Positions 27,120 through 37,660 of a stretch of DNA of 64,000 bases are shown here, piece after piece; the stretch's first letter is position 1; the number at the start of each line of letters is the position of its first letter. Below the pieces are notes generated by a model. The model saw only the letters and a list, made by a program, of their open reading frames with translations. It did no database searches and was not told where the DNA came from. Made by a program: the position numbers and the translations under genes. This DNA is from Dehalococcoidia bacterium (GTDB lineage Bacteria; Chloroflexota; Dehalococcoidia; Dehalococcoidales; Fen-1064), in assembly GCA_011170375.1 (NCBI GenBank), contig DUEV01000006.1:89255-153254 (forward strand). Direction: 5' to 3'.

Positions 27120-28625
27120 GTGAAGACCTATCTGACACCCAAATTTCTAGTACAACGAGACCCTGAACGCTGTATCCAGTGTCAGGTATGTGTCAATCAG
27201 TGCACTTTCGACACTCACTACTATGATGTCGAAGACGATGAGGTGAGAAGTCATGATGAGAACTGCATTGGCTGTCTCCGCTGTGTTCTCTTCTGCCCAA
27301 CCCGAGCGCTAACTATCAGACAAAACCACCTCGACTACAGAGACAACTACAATTGGCGCCCCGAGGTGATTGAAGATATCGTTAAGCAGGCGGAAACTGG
27401 CGGGGTACTCCTCACGGGCATGGGCAATGATAAAGGCCAGCGCATCTACTGGGACCATCTGGTTCTCAACGCCAGTCAGGTAACCAACCCGTCTATTGAC
27501 CCACTACGCGAGCCAATGGAGCTCACCACATATCTGGGGCGAAAACCTGATCGGATAGAACTCGACTCGGAATCGTCCACTTTGAAGACAGAATTAGCTC
27601 CTCAGGTAAGTCTGGAAGTCCCGGTAATGTTTGCTGCCATGTCTTATGGTGCGGTCAGTCTTAACGTACATGAATCTCTGGCTAGAGCTGCCACCGAGAT
27701 GGGCACTCTTTGGAACACTGGTGAGGGAGGGCTCCACTCCAAGTTATATAAGTATGGAAACAATACTATTGTCCAAGTAGCTTCAGGGCGCTTCGGTGTC
27801 CATGCTGAATATCTGGACGTAGCTAGAGTAATCGAAATCAAGATTGGGCAAGGAGCAAAGCCTGGAATTGGTGGACACCTCCCAGGGGAGAAGGTGAGCA
27901 GCGAGGTATCGCTAACGCGGATGATTCCCCAAGGAACTGATGCACTGTCACCGGCTCCACAGCACGATATTTACTCAATTGAAGACCTGGCACAGCTTAT
28001 CTACGCTTTAAAAGAGGCAACAAACTACAGCAAGCCGATATCGGTTAAAATCGCCGCTGTTCATAACTCGGCTGCTATTGCCAGTGGCATGGTGAGAGCC
28101 GGCGCCGACATTATTGTTCTAGATGGACTAAGGGGGTCTACAGGCGCTGCTCCCAAGATTATCCGCGACAATGTTGGCATTCCCATTGAGATGGCCTTGG
28201 CCTCGGTAGATAGCCGACTGAGGCAGGAGGGAATACGCAACCAGGCCTCTGTCGTCGTCTCAGGAGGCATAAGGAATAGCGGTGACGTGGCTAAGGCAAT
28301 CGCCCTCGGTGCTGATGCCGTCTATATCGGGACAGCAGCTCTCATTGCCCTAGGCTGTCATGTCTGCCAGCAGTGTCATACAGGGAAATGCGCTTGGGGC
28401 ATTTGCACCACTGACCTTCGCCTGACTAAGAGGGTTAACCCAGACATTGGTGCCCGCAGACTGACCAACCTGCTTCGAGGTTGGAGCATTGAACTCAAGG
28501 ACATACTGGGTGGGCTTGGAGTTAACGCTCTAGAGAGTTTGAGGGGGAATCGCCTGCATTTAAGAGGCGTTGGGTTGACTGATACCGAGCTCGATATCTT
28601 GGGAGTAAGGATGGCGGGGAGCTGA
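27120..28625 (+). CDS. Glutamate synthase FMN/synthase domain with N-terminal 2x[4Fe-4S] ferredoxin domain
   Basis: 501 aa. CIQCQVCVNQC / CIGCLRCVLFCP, then IEIKIGQGAKPGIGGHLPGEKV and GGTGAAP-like motifs typical of GltB domain 2. Confidence 0.9.
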   Translation: MKTYLTPKFLVQRDPERCIQCQVCVNQCTFDTHYYDVEDDEVRSHDENCIGCLRCVLFCPTRALTIRQNHLDYRDNYNWRPEVIEDIVKQAETGGVLLTGMGNDKGQRIYWDHLVLNASQVTNPSIDPLREPMELTTYLGRKPDRIELDSESSTLKTELAPQVSLEVPVMFAAMSYGAVSLNVHESLARAATEMGTLWNTGEGGLHSKLYKYGNNTIVQVASGRFGVHAEYLDVARVIEIKIGQGAKPGIGGHLPGEKVSSEVSLTRMIPQGTDALSPAPQHDIYSIEDLAQLIYALKEATNYSKPISVKIAAVHNSAAIASGMVRAGADIIVLDGLRGSTGAAPKIIRDNVGIPIEMALASVDSRLRQEGIRNQASVVVSGGIRNSGDVAKAIALGADAVYIGTAALIALGCHVCQQCHTGKCAWGICTTDLRLTKRVNPDIGARRLTNLLRGWSIELKDILGGLGVNALESLRGNRLHLRGVGLTDTELDILGVRMAGS

Positions 28626-28627
28626 AA

Positions 28628-29386
28628 ATGGGGAGATGGAGAAACTCGACAGCGAAAATAGATGCTGCCGGAATTTACTATCGAGAACTCAATGCCAAGC
28701 TGAGAGGCGTTGTCTCGAATGGCACCAAAAAAATAGAGCTCCACAATATCCATGGGCAGCGGTATATCGGCACCGACCTGGATAAGCCGGTGGAGCTCGA
28801 GATATTTGGAACTCCTGGTAATGACTTGGGAGCGTTTATGAACGGACCAAGGATTATTGTGCATGGCAATGCCCAAGATGGCTGCGGTAACACGATGGAT
28901 AGCGGTGAGATAATCATACATGGTCACGCTGGAGATATCGTTGGGCTATCGGCCAGAGGCGGGAAAATTTTTGTCCGAGACGATGTCGGCTACCGGGCAG
29001 GTATCCATATGAAGGAGTACCAGGACAAGAAGCCCGTGCTCGTCATCGGCGGAACCGCACAGGACTTTCTTGGCGAATACATGGCCGGAGGCATCTTAAT
29101 TCTGCTGGGTCTGAATCTAGCCGAAGGTGAACATCATAAATCCAGATTTATTGGTACCGGAATGCATGGCGGCGTCATCTACCTGAGGGGAAATGTCGAG
29201 AATTACCAGCTTGGTAAAGAAGTCGGTGTTACCGACCTGGATGAAGAGGAGCGCCACATCCTGAAGCAGTATGTTGATGAGTTTGCCGAACACTTTAACT
29301 ACCAACCAGATGAAATACTGGATCAGGAGTTCCTCGAGCTCTACCCTCGCTGGCTCCGACCCTATGGAAGGCTCTACGCATATTGA
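28628..29386 (+). CDS. Glutamate synthase GXGXG (alpha-subunit C-terminal) domain protein
   Basis: 252 aa. Repeated G-x-G beta-helix motifs (HGNAQDGCGNTMDSGEIIIHGHAGDIVG..GGKIFVRDDVGYRAG). Confidence 0.85.
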   Translation: MGRWRNSTAKIDAAGIYYRELNAKLRGVVSNGTKKIELHNIHGQRYIGTDLDKPVELEIFGTPGNDLGAFMNGPRIIVHGNAQDGCGNTMDSGEIIIHGHAGDIVGLSARGGKIFVRDDVGYRAGIHMKEYQDKKPVLVIGGTAQDFLGEYMAGGILILLGLNLAEGEHHKSRFIGTGMHGGVIYLRGNVENYQLGKEVGVTDLDEEERHILKQYVDEFAEHFNYQPDEILDQEFLELYPRWLRPYGRLYAY

Positions 29387-29403
29387 TTGAGCGGAGATAG
29401 GCA

Positions 29404-30084
29404 ATGCCAAACCTGCTAATAATGGCTCAAGAAAGCATGGAACTAACAGGGCTGATTTCGGGACTCATCCGAAGTGGCTTTGCTTGCTCTATTGTTCGTC
29501 ATGGTAATGGATTATTAGAGCAGATTGCGGCTCAGTCTCCGGATTTAATCCTAGCGGAAATGGATGGGCATCTGGCCAATTCCAGAATACAGGAACTGGT
29601 TAAGAGCATGAAACAGAAAAAGCGTACACCAGTTATGGCTCTGGTTCCGGGAGAGATGCTGGATAGCATTGATGGACAGCTTAACATTGCCGATGATTTT
29701 CTCGCCAGTCCTTACGATGACAGGGAACTGGTGTTGAGAATAAAACGACTTCTAAATCATAAGGCCGAGGGCGCGGCCAGCACTGAGCTAATAAAAAGTG
29801 ATGGTCTTGTAATAGACCTCGCTAAGTGCGGGGTAACTGTGGGAAGTAAGGTGGTACAGCTGACCTTTAAAGAATATGAGTTACTCAAATTCCTGGCAAG
29901 CAACAGAGGGCGCGTCTATACTCGTGAAGCCCTGCTCAATAAGGTCTGGGGCTATGATTACTACGGCGGTGACCGGACGGTAGATGTCCATGTAAGGAGA
30001 CTTAGAAGCAAGATTGAGGACTCGAAACATACATACATTGAGACGGTAAGAAACATTGGCTACAGGTTCATAAAGGAGGCATAG
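29404..30084 (+). CDS. OmpR/PhoB-family transcription regulator with a degenerate (pseudo-)receiver domain
   Basis: Canonical winged-helix C-terminus (LTFKEYELLKFL..RTVDVHVRRLRSKIE..TVRNIGYRF). The receiver lacks the acidic pair (LLIMAQES), the phospho-Asp (DLILAEMDG), the Thr (PVMALVP) and the Lys (DDFLASPY). Confidence 0.8.
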   Translation: MPNLLIMAQESMELTGLISGLIRSGFACSIVRHGNGLLEQIAAQSPDLILAEMDGHLANSRIQELVKSMKQKKRTPVMALVPGEMLDSIDGQLNIADDFLASPYDDRELVLRIKRLLNHKAEGAASTELIKSDGLVIDLAKCGVTVGSKVVQLTFKEYELLKFLASNRGRVYTREALLNKVWGYDYYGGDRTVDVHVRRLRSKIEDSKHTYIETVRNIGYRFIKEA

Positions 30085-30088
30085 GTCT

Positions 30089-31612
30089 GTGTGTGGCATT
30101 GTTGCCATATTCGGTCATAATTCCCAGCTTGGGGTACCACACTTGGATACCATGCTAAATCGGCTATCCCATCGAGGACCGGATGACAGAGGCACCTTTG
30201 CTAATGGACACATTACTTTGGGCCAAACCAGACTTTCCATAGTGGATGTCGCTGGAGGCAGGCAGCCAATATTCTCTGAAGATGGGGAGAAATGTGTTAT
30301 CTGCAACGGCGAGATATATAACCATCTGGACCTGAGAAAAGCGCTTCACCAGGAACACTGTTTTCGAACCAACTCAGACACTGAGGCAATTCTTCACCTC
30401 TTCGAGGAAGAGGGAACTCAATCGGTCTTGAAGCTAGATGGGATGTTTGCTTTCGTAGTTTATGACGGCAAAGATATTCTAGTTGCCAGAGACCCTTTAG
30501 GGATAAAGCCCCTCTATTACAGTCAGGAGAATAGCTGCCTCCTCTTCGCCTCTGAGATTAAGGCGTTGCAGGGAATTGCGGGTAATATTCAGGAATTCCC
30601 CGCCGGTTATTACTACTCCCCCAGCCAAGGACTGACCCAGTACTACCGCCTGCCAGTAATCCCTGAGTGGCAGAGTAATGTCAGTGAAATAAGTCAGAAG
30701 CTACACGATAAGCTGTATGGAGCCGTGGAAAAACGCTGGATGTCTGATGTCCCTGTAGGTTGCTTTCTCAGCGGTGGCCTTGATAGCAGTCTTATCTGTG
30801 CGGTATCAAAACGTAACTTCGACCACCTCGACACGTTCTCCGTTGGTCTGGAGACAGAATCACAGGATTTGATATATGCCAGGAAGGTCGCTCAGTTTCT
30901 GGGTACAAATCACCACGAATATGTCTACACTATGAGTGACGTCCTTGAGGCGCTACCTGATGTTATCTACCACCTGGAGTCCTTTGACCCGGCGCTGGTA
31001 AGAAGCGCTATCCCCTGTTACTTTGTTTCTCGATTGGCCAGAGAGTATGTAAAGGTTATCCTCACTGGGGAAGGGTCGGATGAGGTATTTGCCGGGTATC
31101 ACTACTTTAAGCGGTTTAGTGATAAGCAAGATGTGTACCAAGAGTCTGTCAGGATTCTTACCGGGCTGCACAACATGAACTTACAGAGGGTTGACCGGGC
31201 CACCATGGCCCATTCGATAGAAGGGAGAGTACCCTTTCTTGATATTGGCTTCGTCGAATATGCCATGTCCATCGACCCGAGACTCAAACTAGCAGGGAAG
31301 AGTAAACGGATCGAAAAGTGGCTGCTAAGACAGGCTTTCACCCGTTACCTTCCTGACGAGATAATCTGGAGACCGAAGATGGAGTTTGCCGCTGGCTGTG
31401 GCTCTGAAGAGTTGATAACTGACATGGTTGAGGATGAAATCTCAGATGCTGAATTCGAACGGGAAAGGCAACGGCTACAGGAAATTAACATTTCCTCTAA
31501 AGAAGATCTGTACTATTTTCGGATATTCTATGATTTCTTCGGCTCTGACATTGATGCCACTGCCATCGGCAGATGGAAAGGCGGTTTTTCTAGAGAAGGT
31601 TCAGATTTATAG
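30089..31612 (+). CDS. asnB: Asparagine synthase (glutamine-hydrolysing)
   Basis: 507 aa. (M)CGIVAIFG Ntn-Cys, SGGLDSS PP-loop. Confidence 0.9.
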   Translation: MCGIVAIFGHNSQLGVPHLDTMLNRLSHRGPDDRGTFANGHITLGQTRLSIVDVAGGRQPIFSEDGEKCVICNGEIYNHLDLRKALHQEHCFRTNSDTEAILHLFEEEGTQSVLKLDGMFAFVVYDGKDILVARDPLGIKPLYYSQENSCLLFASEIKALQGIAGNIQEFPAGYYYSPSQGLTQYYRLPVIPEWQSNVSEISQKLHDKLYGAVEKRWMSDVPVGCFLSGGLDSSLICAVSKRNFDHLDTFSVGLETESQDLIYARKVAQFLGTNHHEYVYTMSDVLEALPDVIYHLESFDPALVRSAIPCYFVSRLAREYVKVILTGEGSDEVFAGYHYFKRFSDKQDVYQESVRILTGLHNMNLQRVDRATMAHSIEGRVPFLDIGFVEYAMSIDPRLKLAGKSKRIEKWLLRQAFTRYLPDEIIWRPKMEFAAGCGSEELITDMVEDEISDAEFERERQRLQEINISSKEDLYYFRIFYDFFGSDIDATAIGRWKGGFSREGSDL

Positions 31613-31710
31613 CTAGGCTGATGCATCAATCCCATGTAACACAGATTTAACATCCCGGAAATATTTCGGAAACAATAACGGGCTAGGCTGAAAGAAAAAG
31701 GAGGTTATTG

Positions 31711-33281
<1,571 letters not shown>

Positions 33282-33370
33282 GCAAGTTGCAGGGGTAAAC
33301 ATGCAGATAAGAAATTGATGATGAACAGTAATATTCCGACCAAACGAATAATCGCGAATTGGAGGCAATA

Positions 33371-34714
33371 ATGATTAACAGAAGCAGAGAAGAAGCTAAG
33401 GATTACGTTCTAAAGATGGCTGAGGAGCATGATGTTAAGTTTATCAGGCTGTGGTTCACCGATATCCTGGGTATGCTCAAGAGTTTTGCCATCACGGTGG
33501 AGGAACTGGAAGGGGCTTTAGAGGAGGGAATGGGTTTTGATGGTTCGTCAATAGAAGGGTTTGCCCGCATCGATGAAAGCGATATGGTAGCTCTGCCTGA
33601 CCCCGACACCTTTCAGTTGCTACCCTGGCAACCCCGCGAACACCGCGCGGTAGCCCGAATGTTCTGCGATATCTTGAAGCCCGGCGGTGAACCTTTTGAA
33701 GGTGACCCCAGATATGTCTTGAAAAAGAATTTGAAGCGGACAGCTGATTTAGGCTGCACCTTCTATGTGGGGCCAGAACTGGAATACTTCTATTTCCAGA
33801 ACTCGGGGGGGACTGAGCCATTAGACCAGGGAGGCTATTTCGACCTGACTCCGCGTGATGCAGCCACCGATATGAGGAAGGAAACAGTGCTAGCACTGGA
33901 AGAGTTGGGTATTGGCGTCGAATATTCCCACCATGAGGTTGCTACCAGCCAGCATGAAATAGACATGAGGTACACTGATGCCCTGACTATGGCCGATAAT
34001 GTGATGACATACCGCTTAGTGGTCAAAGAAGTAGCCTTGAAGTACGGCGTCTATGCTACTTTTATGCCCAAGCCGGTTTTCGGCATAAACGGCAGCGGTA
34101 TGCACGTACACCAGTCACTTTTCAAAGGAGAAAGTAATGCTTTCTTCGACAAGAATGACGAATATCACCTATCCCAGATGGCCAGGTACTATATAGCCGG
34201 CCTACTCAAACATGCTCCTGAACTTACTGCTGTGACCAATCAGTGGATTAACTCTTACAAACGTCTGGTTCCCGGCTACGAGGCACCGGTTTATCTCTCC
34301 TGGGCACGGCGTAACCGTTCTGATTTAGTCCGAGTCCCGGAGTACCGGCCTGGAAGGGAAAAGGCGACCCGCGTTGAGTTCAGGTCTCCTGACCCCGCCT
34401 GCAATCCTTACTTGGCTTTCAGTGTGATGCTGGCCGCCGGACTGGAAGGTATCGAAAAGGAATATGACGTACCCGAGCCAATCGAAGAAAATGTATATGA
34501 GATGACTGAAGACGAGAGGCGGAAGAGAGGAATAGGTACCTTACCTGCCAGCCTGTTGGAAGCCATACTACTAACAGAGAAAAGCGTGCTGGTGCGAAAG
34601 GCTCTAGGTGAGCATGTTTTCTCAGCTTTCATCCAGAACAAGAAAATAGAGTGGGACCACTACCGAACCCAGGTGACCGAATATGAGCTTAAGAGATACT
34701 TACCAATACTGTGA
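33371..34714 (+). CDS. glnA: Glutamine synthetase type I
   Basis: FTDILG, GFDGSSIEGF, GSGMHVHQS, NSYKRLVPGYEAP and the RVE.R motif series. ATG at 33371 after GGAGG. Confidence 0.92.
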   Translation: MINRSREEAKDYVLKMAEEHDVKFIRLWFTDILGMLKSFAITVEELEGALEEGMGFDGSSIEGFARIDESDMVALPDPDTFQLLPWQPREHRAVARMFCDILKPGGEPFEGDPRYVLKKNLKRTADLGCTFYVGPELEYFYFQNSGGTEPLDQGGYFDLTPRDAATDMRKETVLALEELGIGVEYSHHEVATSQHEIDMRYTDALTMADNVMTYRLVVKEVALKYGVYATFMPKPVFGINGSGMHVHQSLFKGESNAFFDKNDEYHLSQMARYYIAGLLKHAPELTAVTNQWINSYKRLVPGYEAPVYLSWARRNRSDLVRVPEYRPGREKATRVEFRSPDPACNPYLAFSVMLAAGLEGIEKEYDVPEPIEENVYEMTEDERRKRGIGTLPASLLEAILLTEKSVLVRKALGEHVFSAFIQNKKIEWDHYRTQVTEYELKRYLPIL

Positions 34715-34730
34715 GTAATGAGAGGTTGCT

Positions 34731-36488
34731 ATGTCGCAGTGGGCTAACACGCGTCGGTTGCGAATTGGGATGGCGCAAATCAATACTACCGTGGGTGATT
34801 TTGCCGGCAACAGGCAAAAAATACTAAAAGCTATGGACGAAGCCAGGACTTTGCACATAGACCTGCTTGCGTTCCCTGAACTCGCTATCTGCGGTTATCC
34901 ACCTGAGGACCTCCTGTTCAAGCCACGCTTTATTGCCGAGAATCTGCGGTCGTTAGATAAGGTAGTCGAAGCCTCCCCAGGACTTACTATCGTGGTTGGC
35001 TTTGTCGACGCTAAAGAAGACATCTACAATGCTGCAGCTATAATCCACGATGGCAAGCTAGCTGGCATCTATCACAAGATATACCTGCCCAATTATGGTG
35101 TCTTTGACGAGAATCGCTACTTCCGAGCGGGGAGCAAATGCCCTGTCTATGGCATCGCTGGCATTAGTGTCGGCGTCAGCATCTGCGAAGATATCTGGTA
35201 CGAGGCGGGGCCAGCTACCACCCAGGCTTACTCTGGGGCCGAGGTTATAGTCAACATAAGTGCCTCACCATACCACTTCGGTAAGGGAAGCTTTAGGGAA
35301 AGAATGGTAGCGACACGTGCTGCAGACAACGTGGCCGCTTTTGCCCTCTGCAACCTAGTAGGTGGGCAAGATGAGCTAGTTTTCGACGGAAATAGCATTG
35401 TACTGGATGAGAAAGGACAGTTGATAGCCAGAGGCAAACAGTTCGAGGAAGACCTAATAGTAGCTGACCTTGATGTCGAATCCGTCTTTCGGGCGCGCCT
35501 CCATGATTCTAGATGGAAGAAAGAGCTACTCCTCCACGAAGAGCAAGGATGGCGTAGTGCCCCCAAAATAGTGATATCCGAAGCGCCATTTAACACTGAA
35601 AAACCGTCGCTACCGCCCAGACAAGTTGAGGTGCAGGGCTTTCCGGGCGAGGTCTATGATGCTTTGGTGCTGGGAACTCGTGACTATATCCTCAAGAATG
35701 ATTTTGAGAAAGTGCTGATAGGTCTTTCCGGAGGAATAGACTCCAGCGTGGTAGCCGCTATCGCCGTTTATGCCTTAGGGAGCGTAAACGTGGTCGGGGT
35801 GGCCATGCCTTCAAGATACTCTTCTCCCGGCAGCGTATCAGATGCTGAACTTTTGGCTAAGAATCTGGGCATAAGGCTAATGACTATTCCTATTGAGAAA
35901 GTGTTTCAGGCATATCTGGATACACTGGCCGAGCATTTTAAAGGCACAGAGCCTAATGTGGCTGAAGAGAATATTCAAGCTAGAATCAGGGGCAATATCC
36001 TGATGGCACTATCAAACAAGTTTGGTTGGCTGGTTCTTACAACGGGTAACAAAAGCGAAATGGCTACGGGCTATACCACCTTATACGGAGACATGGCCGG
36101 TGGTTTTGCCGTGATAAAAGATGTACCGAAGACAATGGCTTACGAATTAGCCAGGTACCGAAACTCGCTGGCTGAGTCAGAACTAATACCACGTACAATC
36201 ATAGATAAGCCTCCGTCAGCCGAGTTAAGGTCCGACCAAAGGGATATTGACTCCCTACCACCGTACGAGCTACTCGACCCGGTATTAACTGCATATGTTG
36301 AGGAAGACAAAAGTGTCGAACAGATTATTGGTATGGGAGTCGATGAAAAGGCAGTCAAGCGTGCGGCCCGATTGGTAGACAAGAGTGAGTACAAACGCCG
36401 GCAGTCGCCACCAGGCGTGAAGATAACCCCTCGAGCCTTTGGTAGGGACAGAAGGTTGCCTATCACCAACAGATTCGAGGGATGGTGA
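34731..36488 (+). CDS. nadE: Glutamine-dependent NAD+ synthetase (CN-hydrolase plus synthetase domains)
   Basis: 585 aa. N-terminal nitrilase-like domain (FPELAICGYPPEDL, CEDIW) and GLSGGIDSS PP-loop domain. Confidence 0.9.
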   Translation: MSQWANTRRLRIGMAQINTTVGDFAGNRQKILKAMDEARTLHIDLLAFPELAICGYPPEDLLFKPRFIAENLRSLDKVVEASPGLTIVVGFVDAKEDIYNAAAIIHDGKLAGIYHKIYLPNYGVFDENRYFRAGSKCPVYGIAGISVGVSICEDIWYEAGPATTQAYSGAEVIVNISASPYHFGKGSFRERMVATRAADNVAAFALCNLVGGQDELVFDGNSIVLDEKGQLIARGKQFEEDLIVADLDVESVFRARLHDSRWKKELLLHEEQGWRSAPKIVISEAPFNTEKPSLPPRQVEVQGFPGEVYDALVLGTRDYILKNDFEKVLIGLSGGIDSSVVAAIAVYALGSVNVVGVAMPSRYSSPGSVSDAELLAKNLGIRLMTIPIEKVFQAYLDTLAEHFKGTEPNVAEENIQARIRGNILMALSNKFGWLVLTTGNKSEMATGYTTLYGDMAGGFAVIKDVPKTMAYELARYRNSLAESELIPRTIIDKPPSAELRSDQRDIDSLPPYELLDPVLTAYVEEDKSVEQIIGMGVDEKAVKRAARLVDKSEYKRRQSPPGVKITPRAFGRDRRLPITNRFEGW

Positions 36489-36549
36489 CAAATTGGCCAC
36501 GGAATAGGTAGCTTAGAATGGAGAAAATAACAGGGTCGCGAAGACAAAT

Positions 36550-37644
36550 ATGAGTAAAAAGGCATTTTTAGCCTTAGAAGATGGCTCGGTCCATCACGGA
36601 TTCACCTTTGGTGCGGAGGTTGATACCTTCGGCGAGGTAGTATTCTGCACTGCCATGACTGGTTACCAGGAGATGCTGACTGACCCCTCCTATGCTGGGC
36701 AGATTCTGGTTCCCACTTATCCCCTTATCGGCAACTACGGTATCAATGAGCAGGATATTGAGTCGGCCAAAATACAGGTCAGGGGGTTTGTTGTTAGAGA
36801 GGTGTGTCTTGAGCCCAGCCACTATCTGAGTCAGAAGACAATTCACCAGCATCTGGCCGAAAGTGGCATCCCCGGAATCCATGGGGTGGATACCCGCGCA
36901 ATAACTCGCCGACTTCGCTCGAGTGGTGTGATGATGGGCATGATAACCAGCAGCAAGTCTCCGCAACAGGCTCTGGAAGAATTAAAGAAAGTGCCCAGCT
37001 ATGGCTCCATCGATTTCGTCAAGCAGGTGACTACTCCAACCTCCTATCAGTGGCAGCCGGAGGACTCGGCGCCACTATACAACATAGTTGTGCTGGACTG
37101 TGGTCTGAAATATAACATCCTTCGCATCCTGAACCGCCTGGAGTGTAGCGTCACCGTTGTGCCCTGTACTATGTCTGCTGGAGAAATCCTCTCTCTAGAG
37201 CCAGATGGTATTCTCCTCTCGCCGGGCCCCGGCGACCCCGACATACCGAAGGTAAACTACGTCATTGACACCGTCAAGCAGCTCGTCGGTAAAAAGCCGA
37301 TAATAGGCATCTGCTTCGGCCAACAGCTCATTCACCGTGCCTTCGGTGGCTGCCATTTCAAGCTCAAGTTTGGCCACCGCGGTGGTAATCACCCTGTCCG
37401 TGAACTGGCTACCGGCAGAATCCATATCACGGCGCAAAATCATGGTTACGCCGTTGACCCAGATACTCTCGGAGAAGACCTGGAAATCACTCACATAAAC
37501 ATGAATGACAATACAGTAGAAGGCCTAAAGCACAGGGAGTTACCCATATTCGCCATCCAGTATCACTCCGAGGCTTCACCAGGTCCCTGGGACAATACCT
37601 ATCTCTTCGACAAATTTATTGAGATGGTAAAGGAGGCGAAATGA
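36550..37644 (+). CDS. carA: Carbamoyl-phosphate synthase small (glutaminase) subunit
   Basis: 364 aa. GICFGQQL triad Cys, [10 protein letters not shown]. Confidence 0.92.
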   Translation: MSKKAFLALEDGSVHHGFTFGAEVDTFGEVVFCTAMTGYQEMLTDPSYAGQILVPTYPLIGNYGINEQDIESAKIQVRGFVVREVCLEPSHYLSQKTIHQHLAESGIPGIHGVDTRAITRRLRSSGVMMGMITSSKSPQQALEELKKVPSYGSIDFVKQVTTPTSYQWQPEDSAPLYNIVVLDCGLKYNILRILNRLECSVTVVPCTMSAGEILSLEPDGILLSPGPGDPDIPKVNYVIDTVKQLVGKKPIIGICFGQQLIHRAFGGCHFKLKFGHRGGNHPVRELATGRIHITAQNHGYAVDPDTLGEDLEITHINMNDNTVEGLKHRELPIFAIQYHSEASPGPWDNTYLFDKFIEMVKEAK

Positions 37645-37660
37645 ATGTAGGAGTTATTGT

